Positions 37,625-49,545 of a stretch of DNA of 64,000 bases are shown piece by piece (positions within the stretch are counted from its first letter, which is position 1; every line of letters starts with the position of its first letter). Made by a program: the position numbers and the translations under genes. Location: IMG/VR virus record IMGVR_UViG_3300035156_000206, positions 186,001 through 250,000 of that record. One strand, 5' to 3'. Below the pieces are notes generated by a model, which made no database searches, was not told where the DNA came from, and saw nothing but the letters and a program-made list of their open reading frames with translations.

Positions 37625-38524
37625 ATGGCAAAGTACGAATGGTCGGAAGTATTTCAATCGATCGAAGGTGAGGCTCGATATTCAGGCCACCCAACGGCTT
37701 ATATCCGTTTCACGATGTGCAACTTCCAATGCCGTGGGTTCAACAACCCAGAGAAGCTGGATACCACATCACTAGACGTGTTGGGTTTCAACCCAGCCGA
37801 CTACAAAGACATCTACTCGATCCCGCTGATCACGCGCGGCTGCGACTCGATCTATTCGTGGGATGACAAATTCAAGCATATGTGGAAGAAAGGCACTCAG
37901 GATGACCTCGTAAAGGAACTGATTGAAGTGCTGCCACACAACAGCTTCGTTAATCCTAATTCGGGCAAGCGCACTATTCTGTCGTTGACGGGCGGAGAGC
38001 CAACGCTGCGCATGAAGTTCATCCCTGAGCTGCTTGCGCACCCAGACATGAAAGAATGTCGCCACATCCTGATCGAGACGAACTGCTCTGTCAAGCTGAA
38101 AGAAGAGCACATGCACCAACTGGCTGAATGGGCAGGCGATCATGGCGGGCGTGGTCCCGGACGCGTAACGTGGAGCAATTCACCAAAGCTGTCGGTGAGT
38201 GGTGAAGACTGGTCGGAAGCAATTCGTCCTGAAATTGCTGTGATGCAATTGCAATCAGCGTCGATGTCTGGTTATTTTGACCAGTACTTCAAGTTCGTAT
38301 GTGGACCAAACGAAGCAGACTTCGCTGAAGTGGAGAATGCGATGGAAGAGTACTACAGTGCTGGCATTTCGCGCGACACTGATGTGTACGTAATGCCAAC
38401 TGCTTGTACCGAAGAGCAACAGCAGACTGTGTCCGCTACAGTGGCCAACATGTGCATTCAACGTGGTTACATCTACTGCCACCGCATCCAGAACTCTGTA
38501 TTCGGAAACGGTGTGGGGACATAA
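37625..38524 (+). CDS. queE: 7-carboxy-7-deazaguanine synthase QueE (radical SAM)
   Basis: FQSIEGE.RY.G.P, CNFQCRGF...CDS, LTGGEP, IETN, SPKL, YFKFV and YVMP motifs. Confidence 0.92.
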   Translation: MAKYEWSEVFQSIEGEARYSGHPTAYIRFTMCNFQCRGFNNPEKLDTTSLDVLGFNPADYKDIYSIPLITRGCDSIYSWDDKFKHMWKKGTQDDLVKELIEVLPHNSFVNPNSGKRTILSLTGGEPTLRMKFIPELLAHPDMKECRHILIETNCSVKLKEEHMHQLAEWAGDHGGRGPGRVTWSNSPKLSVSGEDWSEAIRPEIAVMQLQSASMSGYFDQYFKFVCGPNEADFAEVENAMEEYYSAGISRDTDVYVMPTACTEEQQQTVSATVANMCIQRGYIYCHRIQNSVFGNGVGT

Positions 38525-38886
38525 TGACAAATTGGACAATTACGCACCCAATCTCGGGTGCAACTATTCAAGTTGCAACCGTAGGGTATCCACAGTTAGT
38601 ATTTGAAGAAGTGGACGTATTCACGGGCAATTCTTCTACAGCTTGGGTTGCAGGTGCAATGGCATGGCAACCAATCGAATTGGTCGCTGATTCACAACAA
38701 CCATTGAAAGATTTCCTGGTAGCACAGGGAGCTGTTGTGGGATTCACCATGCTTGAAATTGGAGGTGTGGAGAACGATCCTTGTCATTACGTTGTGGGAG
38801 GTCTAACCACGGCCGGGGCATACTTGTCCAAAGACGGAACACACATCCACTCCCAACAGATCACCCGAGTGATGAACCTTAAATAA
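38524..38886 (+). CDS. Tail-tube-like (T4 gp19-family) paralogue, tentative
   Basis: P.L.FEEV.V...NS....AG...W.PI.L pattern of T4-type tube proteins. Confidence 0.45.
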   Translation: MTNWTITHPISGATIQVATVGYPQLVFEEVDVFTGNSSTAWVAGAMAWQPIELVADSQQPLKDFLVAQGAVVGFTMLEIGGVENDPCHYVVGGLTTAGAYLSKDGTHIHSQQITRVMNLK

Positions 38887-38894
38887 GGAGTAAT

Positions 38895-39176
38895 ATGGAA
38901 CAGTACCAACTTCAGATCATGGTTGCCGGCTGTGCCGGCACAGGAAAGTCTGCAGTAGCTCAGCTGATTGCTGATACACTGAAGGCAAATGGGTTTAATG
39001 TCGATCTCGTGGAAGAGGAGCATGCTCCTCGTACGCCAGAGATGTTGGCCCAGATTGTCCAGACCATGAGCGCGCGTGATACCAAACTGGCGATCAAGAT
39101 GACCGAAATGAGGATCACAGTTGGTTCTGTTCAATTAGCTCGTGATTCAGCCCCATCGTGGCGGGTAGTATCATGA
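38895..39176 (+). CDS. Small protein with an isolated P-loop motif
   Basis: IMVAGCAGTGKSAVAQLIADTLKANGF. Confidence 0.6.
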   Translation: MEQYQLQIMVAGCAGTGKSAVAQLIADTLKANGFNVDLVEEEHAPRTPEMLAQIVQTMSARDTKLAIKMTEMRITVGSVQLARDSAPSWRVVS

Positions 39177-39421
39177 GTAACGTTGAGATTGTCATTTCCG
39201 GGCCCGGTGGGTGCATTGAATTTGAAGCAGAGCTTGTGATCCAGGCTCTGCAAAAAGCCGGCTTTTCGGTTAGCACCGAAACGAACCACAAGCGTGATTC
39301 AACAGTCGAAGGCACCGAGGAGTACATGGCTCGGCGCCACAAGCTCCTTCAAGATCGATTGGCCCAAGGCAAGGAAGAGACCATCCACGTCCGAATCAAT
39401 CACTGTCCATGGGGCGGCTAA
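39173..39421 (+). CDS. Small paralogue-like protein with a degenerate P-loop
   Basis: IVISGPGG...ELVIQALQKAGFSV mirrors the upstream ORF. Confidence 0.55.
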   Translation: MSNVEIVISGPGGCIEFEAELVIQALQKAGFSVSTETNHKRDSTVEGTEEYMARRHKLLQDRLAQGKEETIHVRINHCPWGG

Positions 39422-39699
39422 TGAAATCTGAATGCCAATGTAAGATACACATCCGCCAACGAGCAATCGAAGCTCGGATGGAAGGCCTCTGTCCAGATCA
39501 CAAGGAGTTGGTAGAAGATCTTATGGAGATCTTGTACGAAGCTGAAATGGATCGCGATTACTACCGTGCATTGTGTCGTGGAGTATGGCCCAATTCCGAT
39601 GAAGTGATCAAAAGCATTCGGCACGTCCATGCCATTAAGAACCCACCAATTCCAGGAGAAGATAATGCCGCAGCTGTACATCCCACCACTCCGGGTTAA
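39421..39699 (+). CDS. Hypothetical protein
   Basis: TAATG coupling; CxC...C.H motif. Confidence 0.5.
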   Translation: MKSECQCKIHIRQRAIEARMEGLCPDHKELVEDLMEILYEAEMDRDYYRALCRGVWPNSDEVIKSIRHVHAIKNPPIPGEDNAAAVHPTTPG

Positions 39700-40009
39700 G
39701 TTCATCCTGCTCGAAGATTGGACATTCCCTCTTCATGTCGAGATGCGGAATCGTGTGTTTGCTGAATTCATAGAAGCAAAGTATGAGCTAAATGAATCTG
39801 GTTACGTGGCCTATGATTCGCCACCCGTGAATGTCACTGTTCCGAAAGGTACTGTCATGCACATCGAGCGGTACTACATCAAGAATGGCGGTCGAGACGA
39901 TTTCGATAGCGTCACATTCAGAGCATGGTTCGGAAAGAAGTCACAACGATTCTGGAGTAAGTTGGCGGATGCCAATAGAATCCAGGCAGTCTTTACTGTT
40001 CCTGCATAA
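39665..40009 (+). CDS. Hypothetical phage protein (LYIP...DWTF.L..E.RN...RFW.KL)
   Basis: GGAG RBS; motif familiar from phage hypotheticals. Confidence 0.7.
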   Translation: MPQLYIPPLRVKFILLEDWTFPLHVEMRNRVFAEFIEAKYELNESGYVAYDSPPVNVTVPKGTVMHIERYYIKNGGRDDFDSVTFRAWFGKKSQRFWSKLADANRIQAVFTVPA

Positions 40010-40012
40010 AAC

Positions 40013-40036
40013 AAAGCCGCATTGTGCGGCTTTTTT
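40013..40036 (+). terminator. Rho-independent terminator
   Basis: AAAGCCGC-ATTGT-GCGGCTTT followed by TTT. Confidence 0.85.
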
Positions 40037-40057
40037 GTTACCTGGACACAAAAAGCA

Positions 40058-40083
40058 TAAATAGCCCTATCGTGGAATAAATA
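40058..40083 (+). promoter_or_regulatory. Two tandem late promoters TAAATA
   Basis: TAAATA at 40058-63 and 40078-83, after the terminator and before ORF 40135. Confidence 0.6.
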
Positions 40084-40134
40084 TCGGAAACACATGCCAC
40101 ATGTTTCACACACAATACCGTACAGGAGAAATAC

Positions 40135-41418
40135 ATGAAATTACTACTCGCCCTTTTACAAGAGGCTAAGAAAAGTGAGATGGACCCATCTCAAGTGACT
40201 GCTTCGGACGTATCAGCTTATGTTCGCCAGGTCAAATCAGCTCTGAAGGGCCAGAAGATGACCAAAGGTTCTATCGGAAGTGCTGTTCGTGACATCGCAG
40301 AAGATGATCCAAAGTTTGGTGCCCATCCAGGTGCTCTGTCGAAATTGGCCGCTGCTGTTGCTGCAAAGCTCCTAGTTGTGCCTGTCAAAGAAGGCCTGGA
40401 TGACGAAGACTTTAGTGCACCAGCTGCAACTGAGCCTCCAGCACCCAAGCAACCAGATGCTGCTACTATTGCTGCCCTGTCACTGCAATTCACAGCTGGT
40501 GAGATCTCATTTGATGAGTTCAAGGCCCAACTGGCAAGTCTGGAAGCCGGCCCTGAAGCAACTACTGATGCACCACACGGTGAGCACCCAACTGGTGGTA
40601 TGGATGATGATCTCGATGGCATGGACGATGATGAATTCGATTCACACCGCTATAATGAGAGCGCAGATGCTGACGATGAAGATGATTCAATTCCTGCCAA
40701 GTTCTCTGCATCGTCTACAAAGGCTGAACTGAGCAAGCAAGCTTCGTACCTGAAGGCTGAAATCGCCAAAGCTAGTGATCGTATGTTGGCTGCTAAGCTG
40801 AAGCAGGCACTAACCAAGATCCAAGGATTCCAGAAGTCACAAGTATCGGAAAGCCTGTCGCCACGTGCTGAGAAAGCCTTGTCAAACAAGCTTTCAAAGG
40901 TGTCTGAGAGCGCTGACAGTGCTTCCAAAGAAGTTGTTGAAGAGTCTAGCCATATCGACGTGGATGAACTGACTACGACTGAAATCAGTTCGAAGTTGCT
41001 GGCTGCTGCTAAAGCTGGACACCCTGGTGTTGAAGGTATGAAGGTACATGCCGATGCAACAATGATGCGTGTTGAAGTACCTGGCACAGATCGTTGCTAC
41101 GCAACCCTGAATCTGGACACTGGCGCATTGACGGTGCTCAAAGAAGGTTGGGACTCGGAAGAGGAAGAAGAAGCCTGTGATGGTAAAGAAATGGCTGCTG
41201 CAAAGAAGCCAAAAACTAAACTGTCACCACGTGCTACAGTCGCCATGACCAAGAAATTGGCTAAGGCACCAAAGAAAGTAGCCGAAACTGTTGAAGTCAA
41301 GCCTGAAGTTGCAGTAGTAGAAGAGAAGGTTGCTGAAGTTAAAGTGGTAGAAGCAGCAGCGCCTAAAACTCTGGGACGTTTTGCTCAATCTATCGTGGAT
41401 GCCAAATCTGCTGAGTAA
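40135..41418 (+). CDS. Probable internal head/scaffold-like protein with repeated (L/V)xE protease sites
   Basis: LLQE, VKE, YNE, VSE (x2), VEE, LKE and VAE motifs separate small domains; late promoter; AGGAG RBS. Confidence 0.6.
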   Translation: MKLLLALLQEAKKSEMDPSQVTASDVSAYVRQVKSALKGQKMTKGSIGSAVRDIAEDDPKFGAHPGALSKLAAAVAAKLLVVPVKEGLDDEDFSAPAATEPPAPKQPDAATIAALSLQFTAGEISFDEFKAQLASLEAGPEATTDAPHGEHPTGGMDDDLDGMDDDEFDSHRYNESADADDEDDSIPAKFSASSTKAELSKQASYLKAEIAKASDRMLAAKLKQALTKIQGFQKSQVSESLSPRAEKALSNKLSKVSESADSASKEVVEESSHIDVDELTTTEISSKLLAAAKAGHPGVEGMKVHADATMMRVEVPGTDRCYATLNLDTGALTVLKEGWDSEEEEEACDGKEMAAAKKPKTKLSPRATVAMTKKLAKAPKKVAETVEVKPEVAVVEEKVAEVKVVEAAAPKTLGRFAQSIVDAKSAE

Positions 41419-41440
41419 AGGGTAGGACGGCTAGGTAGCC

Positions 41441-41473
41441 TAAATAGAAGGGATCCATTTGGATCCCTTTTTT
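41441..41473 (+). terminator. Terminator with TAAATA immediately 5' of the stem
   Basis: TAAATA (41441-46), then AAGGGATCC-ATTT-GGATCCCTT and a T-run. Confidence 0.8.
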
Positions 41474-41486
41474 ATTGGGTAGCCCT

Positions 41487-41681
41487 ATGTCAATCTTTGA
41501 CCCGAAATCTGTTTCACACGCGTTCTATGCCGAGTTGTTTACAAAAATCTCCATCAATCAGCTACTAGCGGAATCTGGACACTGCAAGCTCATCAAGGAC
41601 ATGACCAAAGGTGAATTTATCAGCTACCAGATGTATCTCCTAGAAAGCGTGAACGATGTTCAGAAGCCCTTGAAGAAATAG
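41487..41681 (+). CDS. Small hypothetical protein
   Basis: 64-aa ORF after the terminator/late promoter. Confidence 0.4.
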   Translation: MSIFDPKSVSHAFYAELFTKISINQLLAESGHCKLIKDMTKGEFISYQMYLLESVNDVQKPLKK

Positions 41682-41943
41682 CACGGCCATGCAAACGGCC
41701 TGATCGTACTTCAAATTCGTCCCCAACTTGTGGAGCGAAATCGAGGCGATCAGCCCTAGGTTCCTTTCGGTCCGAACTCTTTTGGACCCACCACACGTCG
41801 TAGCCAACCAATACTGGCATATTACAACCCTGACAGCTCGCACGCACGTAGTGTGGCTTGACCGCAACCACAATTGCAGGCTCAGCCGCATAAGTAGCTG
41901 TAACAGACATCGTTGCAATAAGCAAAAACAGCAATCGTTTCAT
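41620..41943 (-). CDS. Small exported protein (signal peptide, CxxC)
   Basis: MKRLLFLLIATMSVTATYA signal peptide; GGGAG RBS; TTGACA-16-TATAAT promoter near 41969-41996. Confidence 0.7.
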   Translation of the reverse strand: MKRLLFLLIATMSVTATYAAEPAIVVAVKPHYVRASCQGCNMPVLVGYDVWWVQKSSDRKEPRADRLDFAPQVGDEFEVRSGRLHGRAISSRASEHRSRFLGDTSGS

Positions 41944-42077
41944 AATGACTCCCAGTTATTAATCTTCATTATATACAAAATTTTATTTTTGTCAACGATG
42001 TCGATACTGCCGAGGACTTGCGGTACCTGCGCACCATTATGACGATTGTAAACTCAAACCCGCCGAACGTACGGCGG

Positions 42078-42095
42078 TCGTGATAAATACCACGA
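42078..42095 (+). promoter_or_regulatory. Late promoter TAAATA (42084-89) in a small hairpin loop
   Basis: TCGTG-ATAAATAC-CACGA upstream of the collagen fibre ATG at 42122. Confidence 0.6.
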
Positions 42096-42121
42096 TCAAT
42101 ACTAGAACGGAGCAAAAATTA

Positions 42122-45454
<3,333 letters not shown>

Positions 45455-45486
45455 ACACAACAAACAAGCAATCTGAGTTCATTACC

Positions 45487-45521
45487 TAAATAGGGGAGTA
45501 GAGAAATCTACTCCCTTTTTT
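45487..45521 (+). terminator. Terminator with TAAATA immediately 5' of the stem
   Basis: TAAATA (45487-92), then GGGAGTAGA-GAAA-TCTACTCCC and T6. Confidence 0.85.
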
Positions 45522-45551
45522 ATTCGATCAAACAGTTCTTAGGAGACAAGC

Positions 45552-46100
45552 ATGGAATACAACAAAGTAAGAGACACGCTCAAGGATGGACAAGTTGTGT
45601 TCATCCTGGCGAAGACCTGGAAACAAAAATTAATCTGCTTGGTGACAGGTGGGCGATTCTCACACGTTGGATTCCTCGTGTGGATGTATGATGGATTAGG
45701 GCGGAAACGTCTCATGTGCATCGAATCAAACTTCGGCGGAGCACGTCTTGTGCAAGCAAGTGCATACATTCCACGTGGAATGACAGTGCTCGACATAGGA
45801 ATCGATTGGACAGAATACGAGGACAGTGCATTTGGAGATACAGGCAAGTTGCCGTACAGCATACCGAACTTAGTACTGATCGGCATGAAGACCTTGCTGA
45901 ATAAGGTGGGTTTGCGCAAGCTGGCAAAACTGGTACCACGTGATCACCACGGTGAGGTGTGCAGTGAGTATGTTGCTACCTTGCTTGTTGAAGTTGGTAG
46001 ATACCAACTGGATGCATTTATCAGCCCACACGAACTATATGAAATGCTGATGTCTGCACCTGTGTTGCGGGGCGTGACGGTAATTGAAGCGGTTGACTAA
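45552..46100 (+). CDS. Permuted papain-like amidase (YaeF/YiiX, NlpC/P60 superfamily)
   Basis: G.FSHVG (His before Cys), IES, Y.D and CSEYVA motifs. Confidence 0.8.
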   Translation: MEYNKVRDTLKDGQVVFILAKTWKQKLICLVTGGRFSHVGFLVWMYDGLGRKRLMCIESNFGGARLVQASAYIPRGMTVLDIGIDWTEYEDSAFGDTGKLPYSIPNLVLIGMKTLLNKVGLRKLAKLVPRDHHGEVCSEYVATLLVEVGRYQLDAFISPHELYEMLMSAPVLRGVTVIEAVD

Positions 46101-46231
46101 AAGGGCTTTCCTTTATGTTGATAACGCATAACCCATAGTTTATCCCCCTCATTCCACATCGCAAACCGTTTCCAAAATGATAAACGTTTACGCGATTATC
46201 ATTTGTTTTGGAATGCTAATCCACCAGACGT

Positions 46232-46257
46232 AAAAAAAGCCCCGAAGGGCTTTTTTT
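46232..46257. terminator. Bidirectional terminator at the strand switch
   Basis: A7-GCCC-CGAA-GGGC-T7 (UUCG loop on the minus strand). Confidence 0.9.
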
Positions 46258-46272
46258 ATTGCTTGTGTGGTA

Positions 46273-46866
46273 TTAACCCTTGACGTTGCCGCCGTAGCCG
46301 ATGACGAATTCTGCCAGGCCCATCGCATAGCCGGCGCCGACCGCTTTGAAGGTCCAGTCGCCCGACGATTTCTTGTAGACCGAACCGAACTGGACAGCGG
46401 TTTCGTTGCTAAAGTCGTCTTCCAGTTTGTAACCGCCGATGATGTCGTTGGTTTCGTCGTTGAACAGCGTAATCGATGCTTTGGAAACCTGGCCGAAGTT
46501 CTGGCGGCGCGCTTCGGCGTCGTGGATGGTAACAACGAATGCGATCTCGTCGACTGCTGCATCCAGCTTGGTGAAGTCGACAACTGCATCTTCGCCATCG
46601 CCACCGCCGGTGGTGTTGTCTGGGCTCTTGACCACGGAACCGTTCGGGAGCGCCAGCATGTTGTAGAAGACGAAGTGGCCATCATCGATCAGCTTTGGAT
46701 CGCCAGCGGTATCGTAGTGGCAAACGAAGATGCTCAGGTCGAGATCGAAGTCGCTTCCGGTATCGGTTGCGTTTGTAGTCCACTTCAATTCCGCGCGAAC
46801 GCGATTCAGGCCGACGACTTTGGACAGGTCAATGCGACCGCCTTTGGAAAGATTGATTCCCGACAT
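46273..46866 (-). CDS. terD: TerD/TerZ-family stress protein
   Basis: INLSKG..IDL, FDLDLS, FVFYN, PDNTTG.GDGED and NFGQV motifs. Confidence 0.92.
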   Translation of the reverse strand: MSGINLSKGGRIDLSKVVGLNRVRAELKWTTNATDTGSDFDLDLSIFVCHYDTAGDPKLIDDGHFVFYNMLALPNGSVVKSPDNTTGGGDGEDAVVDFTKLDAAVDEIAFVVTIHDAEARRQNFGQVSKASITLFNDETNDIIGGYKLEDDFSNETAVQFGSVYKKSSGDWTFKAVGAGYAMGLAEFVIGYGGNVKG

Positions 46867-46971
46867 AATAACTCCAGTGTGATGTTTTGTGAGATTGGGC
46901 GTCATCGCTGACAACACCCACTTTACTGCAAGCTGACAAAATTGTCAACAATTACTTTTTACTACTGTCGA

Positions 46972-47616
46972 TCAGATCGAGTCAAACTTGGCATCGGACA
47001 TGCGCTGGAAGTGACCGCTAACTGCACGGTAGATTGCTTCTGCCAGTTCGGTGACCAGATCTGCAACGATGAACCAGATGACCGAGATTGGCCAGTAAGC
47101 GATCCAGATCACGATCGATCCTTTGTTCGTGCTCGCTTGTGGAGCCACCAGCTTCAGCAGTTCCGACATCTTGGTGATATCTGCCCAGTTGGTCCCACGT
47201 GGAGCACCATACTTGATTTCTTTGACAAATGATGCCAGCATTTCAGCATCTGCTGAGTGAGCCTTGAAGTAGTCCAATGGCAGATTCTTCTGCCTCAGGA
47301 ACGCTGCGCGCGAAGCAACAAACGCTTCGGCCTTCTTGGTCAGAAAGTTTGACCACTTGTATCGTGCCCAAAGTACCCCAATCACGGCATACAGTACGAG
47401 GGCGCCGGCCACGTAGAGTGGATTGGTGATGAAGTCGATGACTACTGGGAACTTTGCGGCAATGGCCACGCCCAGTGCGATGGTGGCAATTGTTGCCCAA
47501 CCTCCGCGTTCGTGGACAACGAAACACCAGAGAATGATCGTGATGATTGCCAATGGCACCCAGAAAATTGGGAGTAAGGCAAGTAGTGCCAAATCTGCGA
47601 AAAGGGATGTGATCAT
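46972..47616 (-). CDS. Multi-pass membrane protein
   Basis: Three N-terminal hydrophobic helices and a C-terminal IVIWIAYWP.SVIW segment. Confidence 0.7.
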   Translation of the reverse strand: MITSLFADLALLALLPIFWVPLAIITIILWCFVVHERGGWATIATIALGVAIAAKFPVVIDFITNPLYVAGALVLYAVIGVLWARYKWSNFLTKKAEAFVASRAAFLRQKNLPLDYFKAHSADAEMLASFVKEIKYGAPRGTNWADITKMSELLKLVAPQASTNKGSIVIWIAYWPISVIWFIVADLVTELAEAIYRAVSGHFQRMSDAKFDSI

Positions 47617-47640
47617 TTGAGATCCTGTAAGTGGGGTTAG

Positions 47641-47671
47641 AAAAAGGCTTGCTAGATTCAGCAAGCCTCTT
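47641..47671 (-). terminator. Rho-independent terminator
   Basis: AGGCTTGCT-6nt-AGCAAGCCT with T5 on the minus strand. Confidence 0.8.
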
Positions 47672-47682
47672 GGTGTTTCAGA

Positions 47683-48753
47683 TCAGTACTCGTTGGTTAC
47701 TGGCTCGTAAGGTGGCTTGATGACAGCACGGTCTTTGCGATTGTGCATGATCGATGAGATCAGCGCGACGACAATGAATGCTGCACCAATTGTTCCCGAT
47801 ACCAGCTCGGACATGTGGTGGAATGTGCTGATGAACATGATCGTTGCCAGAGCACCAATTGCGTAGAACGCACCGTGTTCAAGGTATCGGAATTCAGCCA
47901 GCGTGCCCTTGTCGACGAGATACAGTGTCATTGACCGGACGAACATTGCACCAACACCCAGGCCAAGCGCAATCACGAGCAGGTTGTTTGTCACAGCAAA
48001 TGCACCAATCACACCATCGAACGAGAAGGACGCATCCAACACTTCGAGGTACAAGAAGCCCATCAGACCGTTCTTTGCAACCATCACGGCCGTGCCGTTG
48101 GTAACAACTTCCTCTTCCTCGTTACCAGTGAACAACTCGAGGCTATCAACAAGCACGTATGTGATGATGCCAGCCCCGCCTGCCATGAGGAACGAGATAG
48201 CTTCTGCAGGGATCGCAATATATTTGCTGACGATGTACAGGATAGCCATGGTAATGACGATCTGGATGGATTCAGCATTGCCGATCTTGGCGAGCGGTTT
48301 CTCAATCATAGCAACCCAGTGCGTATCTTTCTCAGCGTCCAGAAAGAACTTGAGGAAGACCAACATCAGGAATGCTCCACCAAAGCCGGCGATCATGGAA
48401 TGGGTTGCGGTCAATGTAGCAGCGTACTTGGCAGGATCATTCATTGCCATGACACTAACATCCCACATGCCCATGCCTGTCGTGATTGCCACGATCAAGA
48501 TAGGGAACACGATCCGCATGCCAAATACAGCGATCACCATACCGACGGTGAGGAACATCTTGCGCCAGAATGGCGTCATTTTGTTCAACTGCTTTGCATT
48601 TACCACCGCGTTGTCGATAGACAGCGATGTTTCGAGCAGACCCAACATCAGGACTGCGTAGAGGCCTGGCATACCACCGAAGTAGTAGCCCGCCCCTACA
48701 GCCAAGATCGTGAAAACGAACGACCAGTTAAAATAGCTGAGGGTGGACTTCAT
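47683..48753 (-). CDS. TerC-like integral membrane protein (DUF475 type)
   Basis: LETSLSIDNAVVNA, IAVFGMR, FLYLEVLDASFSFDGVIGAFA and YLEHGA.YAI motifs. Confidence 0.9.
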   Translation of the reverse strand: MKSTLSYFNWSFVFTILAVGAGYYFGGMPGLYAVLMLGLLETSLSIDNAVVNAKQLNKMTPFWRKMFLTVGMVIAVFGMRIVFPILIVAITTGMGMWDVSVMAMNDPAKYAATLTATHSMIAGFGGAFLMLVFLKFFLDAEKDTHWVAMIEKPLAKIGNAESIQIVITMAILYIVSKYIAIPAEAISFLMAGGAGIITYVLVDSLELFTGNEEEEVVTNGTAVMVAKNGLMGFLYLEVLDASFSFDGVIGAFAVTNNLLVIALGLGVGAMFVRSMTLYLVDKGTLAEFRYLEHGAFYAIGALATIMFISTFHHMSELVSGTIGAAFIVVALISSIMHNRKDRAVIKPPYEPVTNEY

Positions 48754-48757
48754 GGTA

Positions 48758-49543
48758 TTAGGCGCCCGTCTTTGCTTTGTACCATTCGATGAATTCGCGG
48801 TTCAGCAGCTTGCCGTACAGGTCTTCATCGGACATATTTTCGATCTGGTTGGCATTGAAGAAGCCAACATTGTCGTACTTGTCTGCCATGCGCTGCAGGA
48901 AGCGGAACGCGCAGCCCGAACCTGGGTCGCTGATGCCGATGAACTGGTAGTAGACGGCGGCATCTTTGAATTCTTCGAACAGCGTTTCGGTGGCCGTTTC
49001 GTCACCATTGTCACCATCGGTTACGATGATTGCGTAAGCTGGTGGCTTGGCTTTACCAGTAGCAGCCGGGGCAACAGGCTCAGGAGCCGGGGTCGCTTTG
49101 CCAAACAGCTTGCCGAGGATGCCCTTTGCTGCGGTAGTGGCGCCGGCAATACTGGCCGAGACGGCACTTGGCTTGTAACGATCGTTGATCAGGCGCAGCA
49201 GTGGCGAATAGTTGGTGCCGGACCAAAGACGCAGGGAGCTGTTGTTCAGGATATGCTTGTTGACGTAGTCACCGAACATTGATTCTTTGACGTCCGGTGC
49301 TTCTTGTGCGTTTGAACCGAACACGAATGCATCGAGCGTTGCATTGTCGTCGAACTTCATGGCCAGCGGGAAGACGCGCTGCACGGTGTTGTGCATGACG
49401 CCGCGCGAGAACAACCCTTGGGCGGAGCCGGACACGTCCAGCGAAATGCTGACCTGGGCACAGATTTTCGGTGCCGAGCGTTTCATCAGGATGATATCGA
49501 CTTTCTTGCGCAGGTCGATGAGGTTTGGTTGGTCAATGGCCAT
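48758..49543 (-). CDS. vWA-domain protein (TerF-associated type)
   Basis: LDVSGS MIDAS motif, GTNYSP, IVTDGD and QFIGI. Confidence 0.88.
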   Translation of the reverse strand: MAIDQPNLIDLRKKVDIILMKRSAPKICAQVSISLDVSGSAQGLFSRGVMHNTVQRVFPLAMKFDDNATLDAFVFGSNAQEAPDVKESMFGDYVNKHILNNSSLRLWSGTNYSPLLRLINDRYKPSAVSASIAGATTAAKGILGKLFGKATPAPEPVAPAATGKAKPPAYAIIVTDGDNGDETATETLFEEFKDAAVYYQFIGISDPGSGCAFRFLQRMADKYDNVGFFNANQIENMSDEDLYGKLLNREFIEWYKAKTGA

Positions 49544-49545
49544 GG

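Noticed and set aside
29673-38524. Queuosine tRNA-modification pathway
   Set aside because: No QueC, QueF or QueA, and the TGT-fold protein lacks the zinc-binding CxCxxC motif of tRNA TGTs; a DNA-directed DpdA/DpdL reading fits better.
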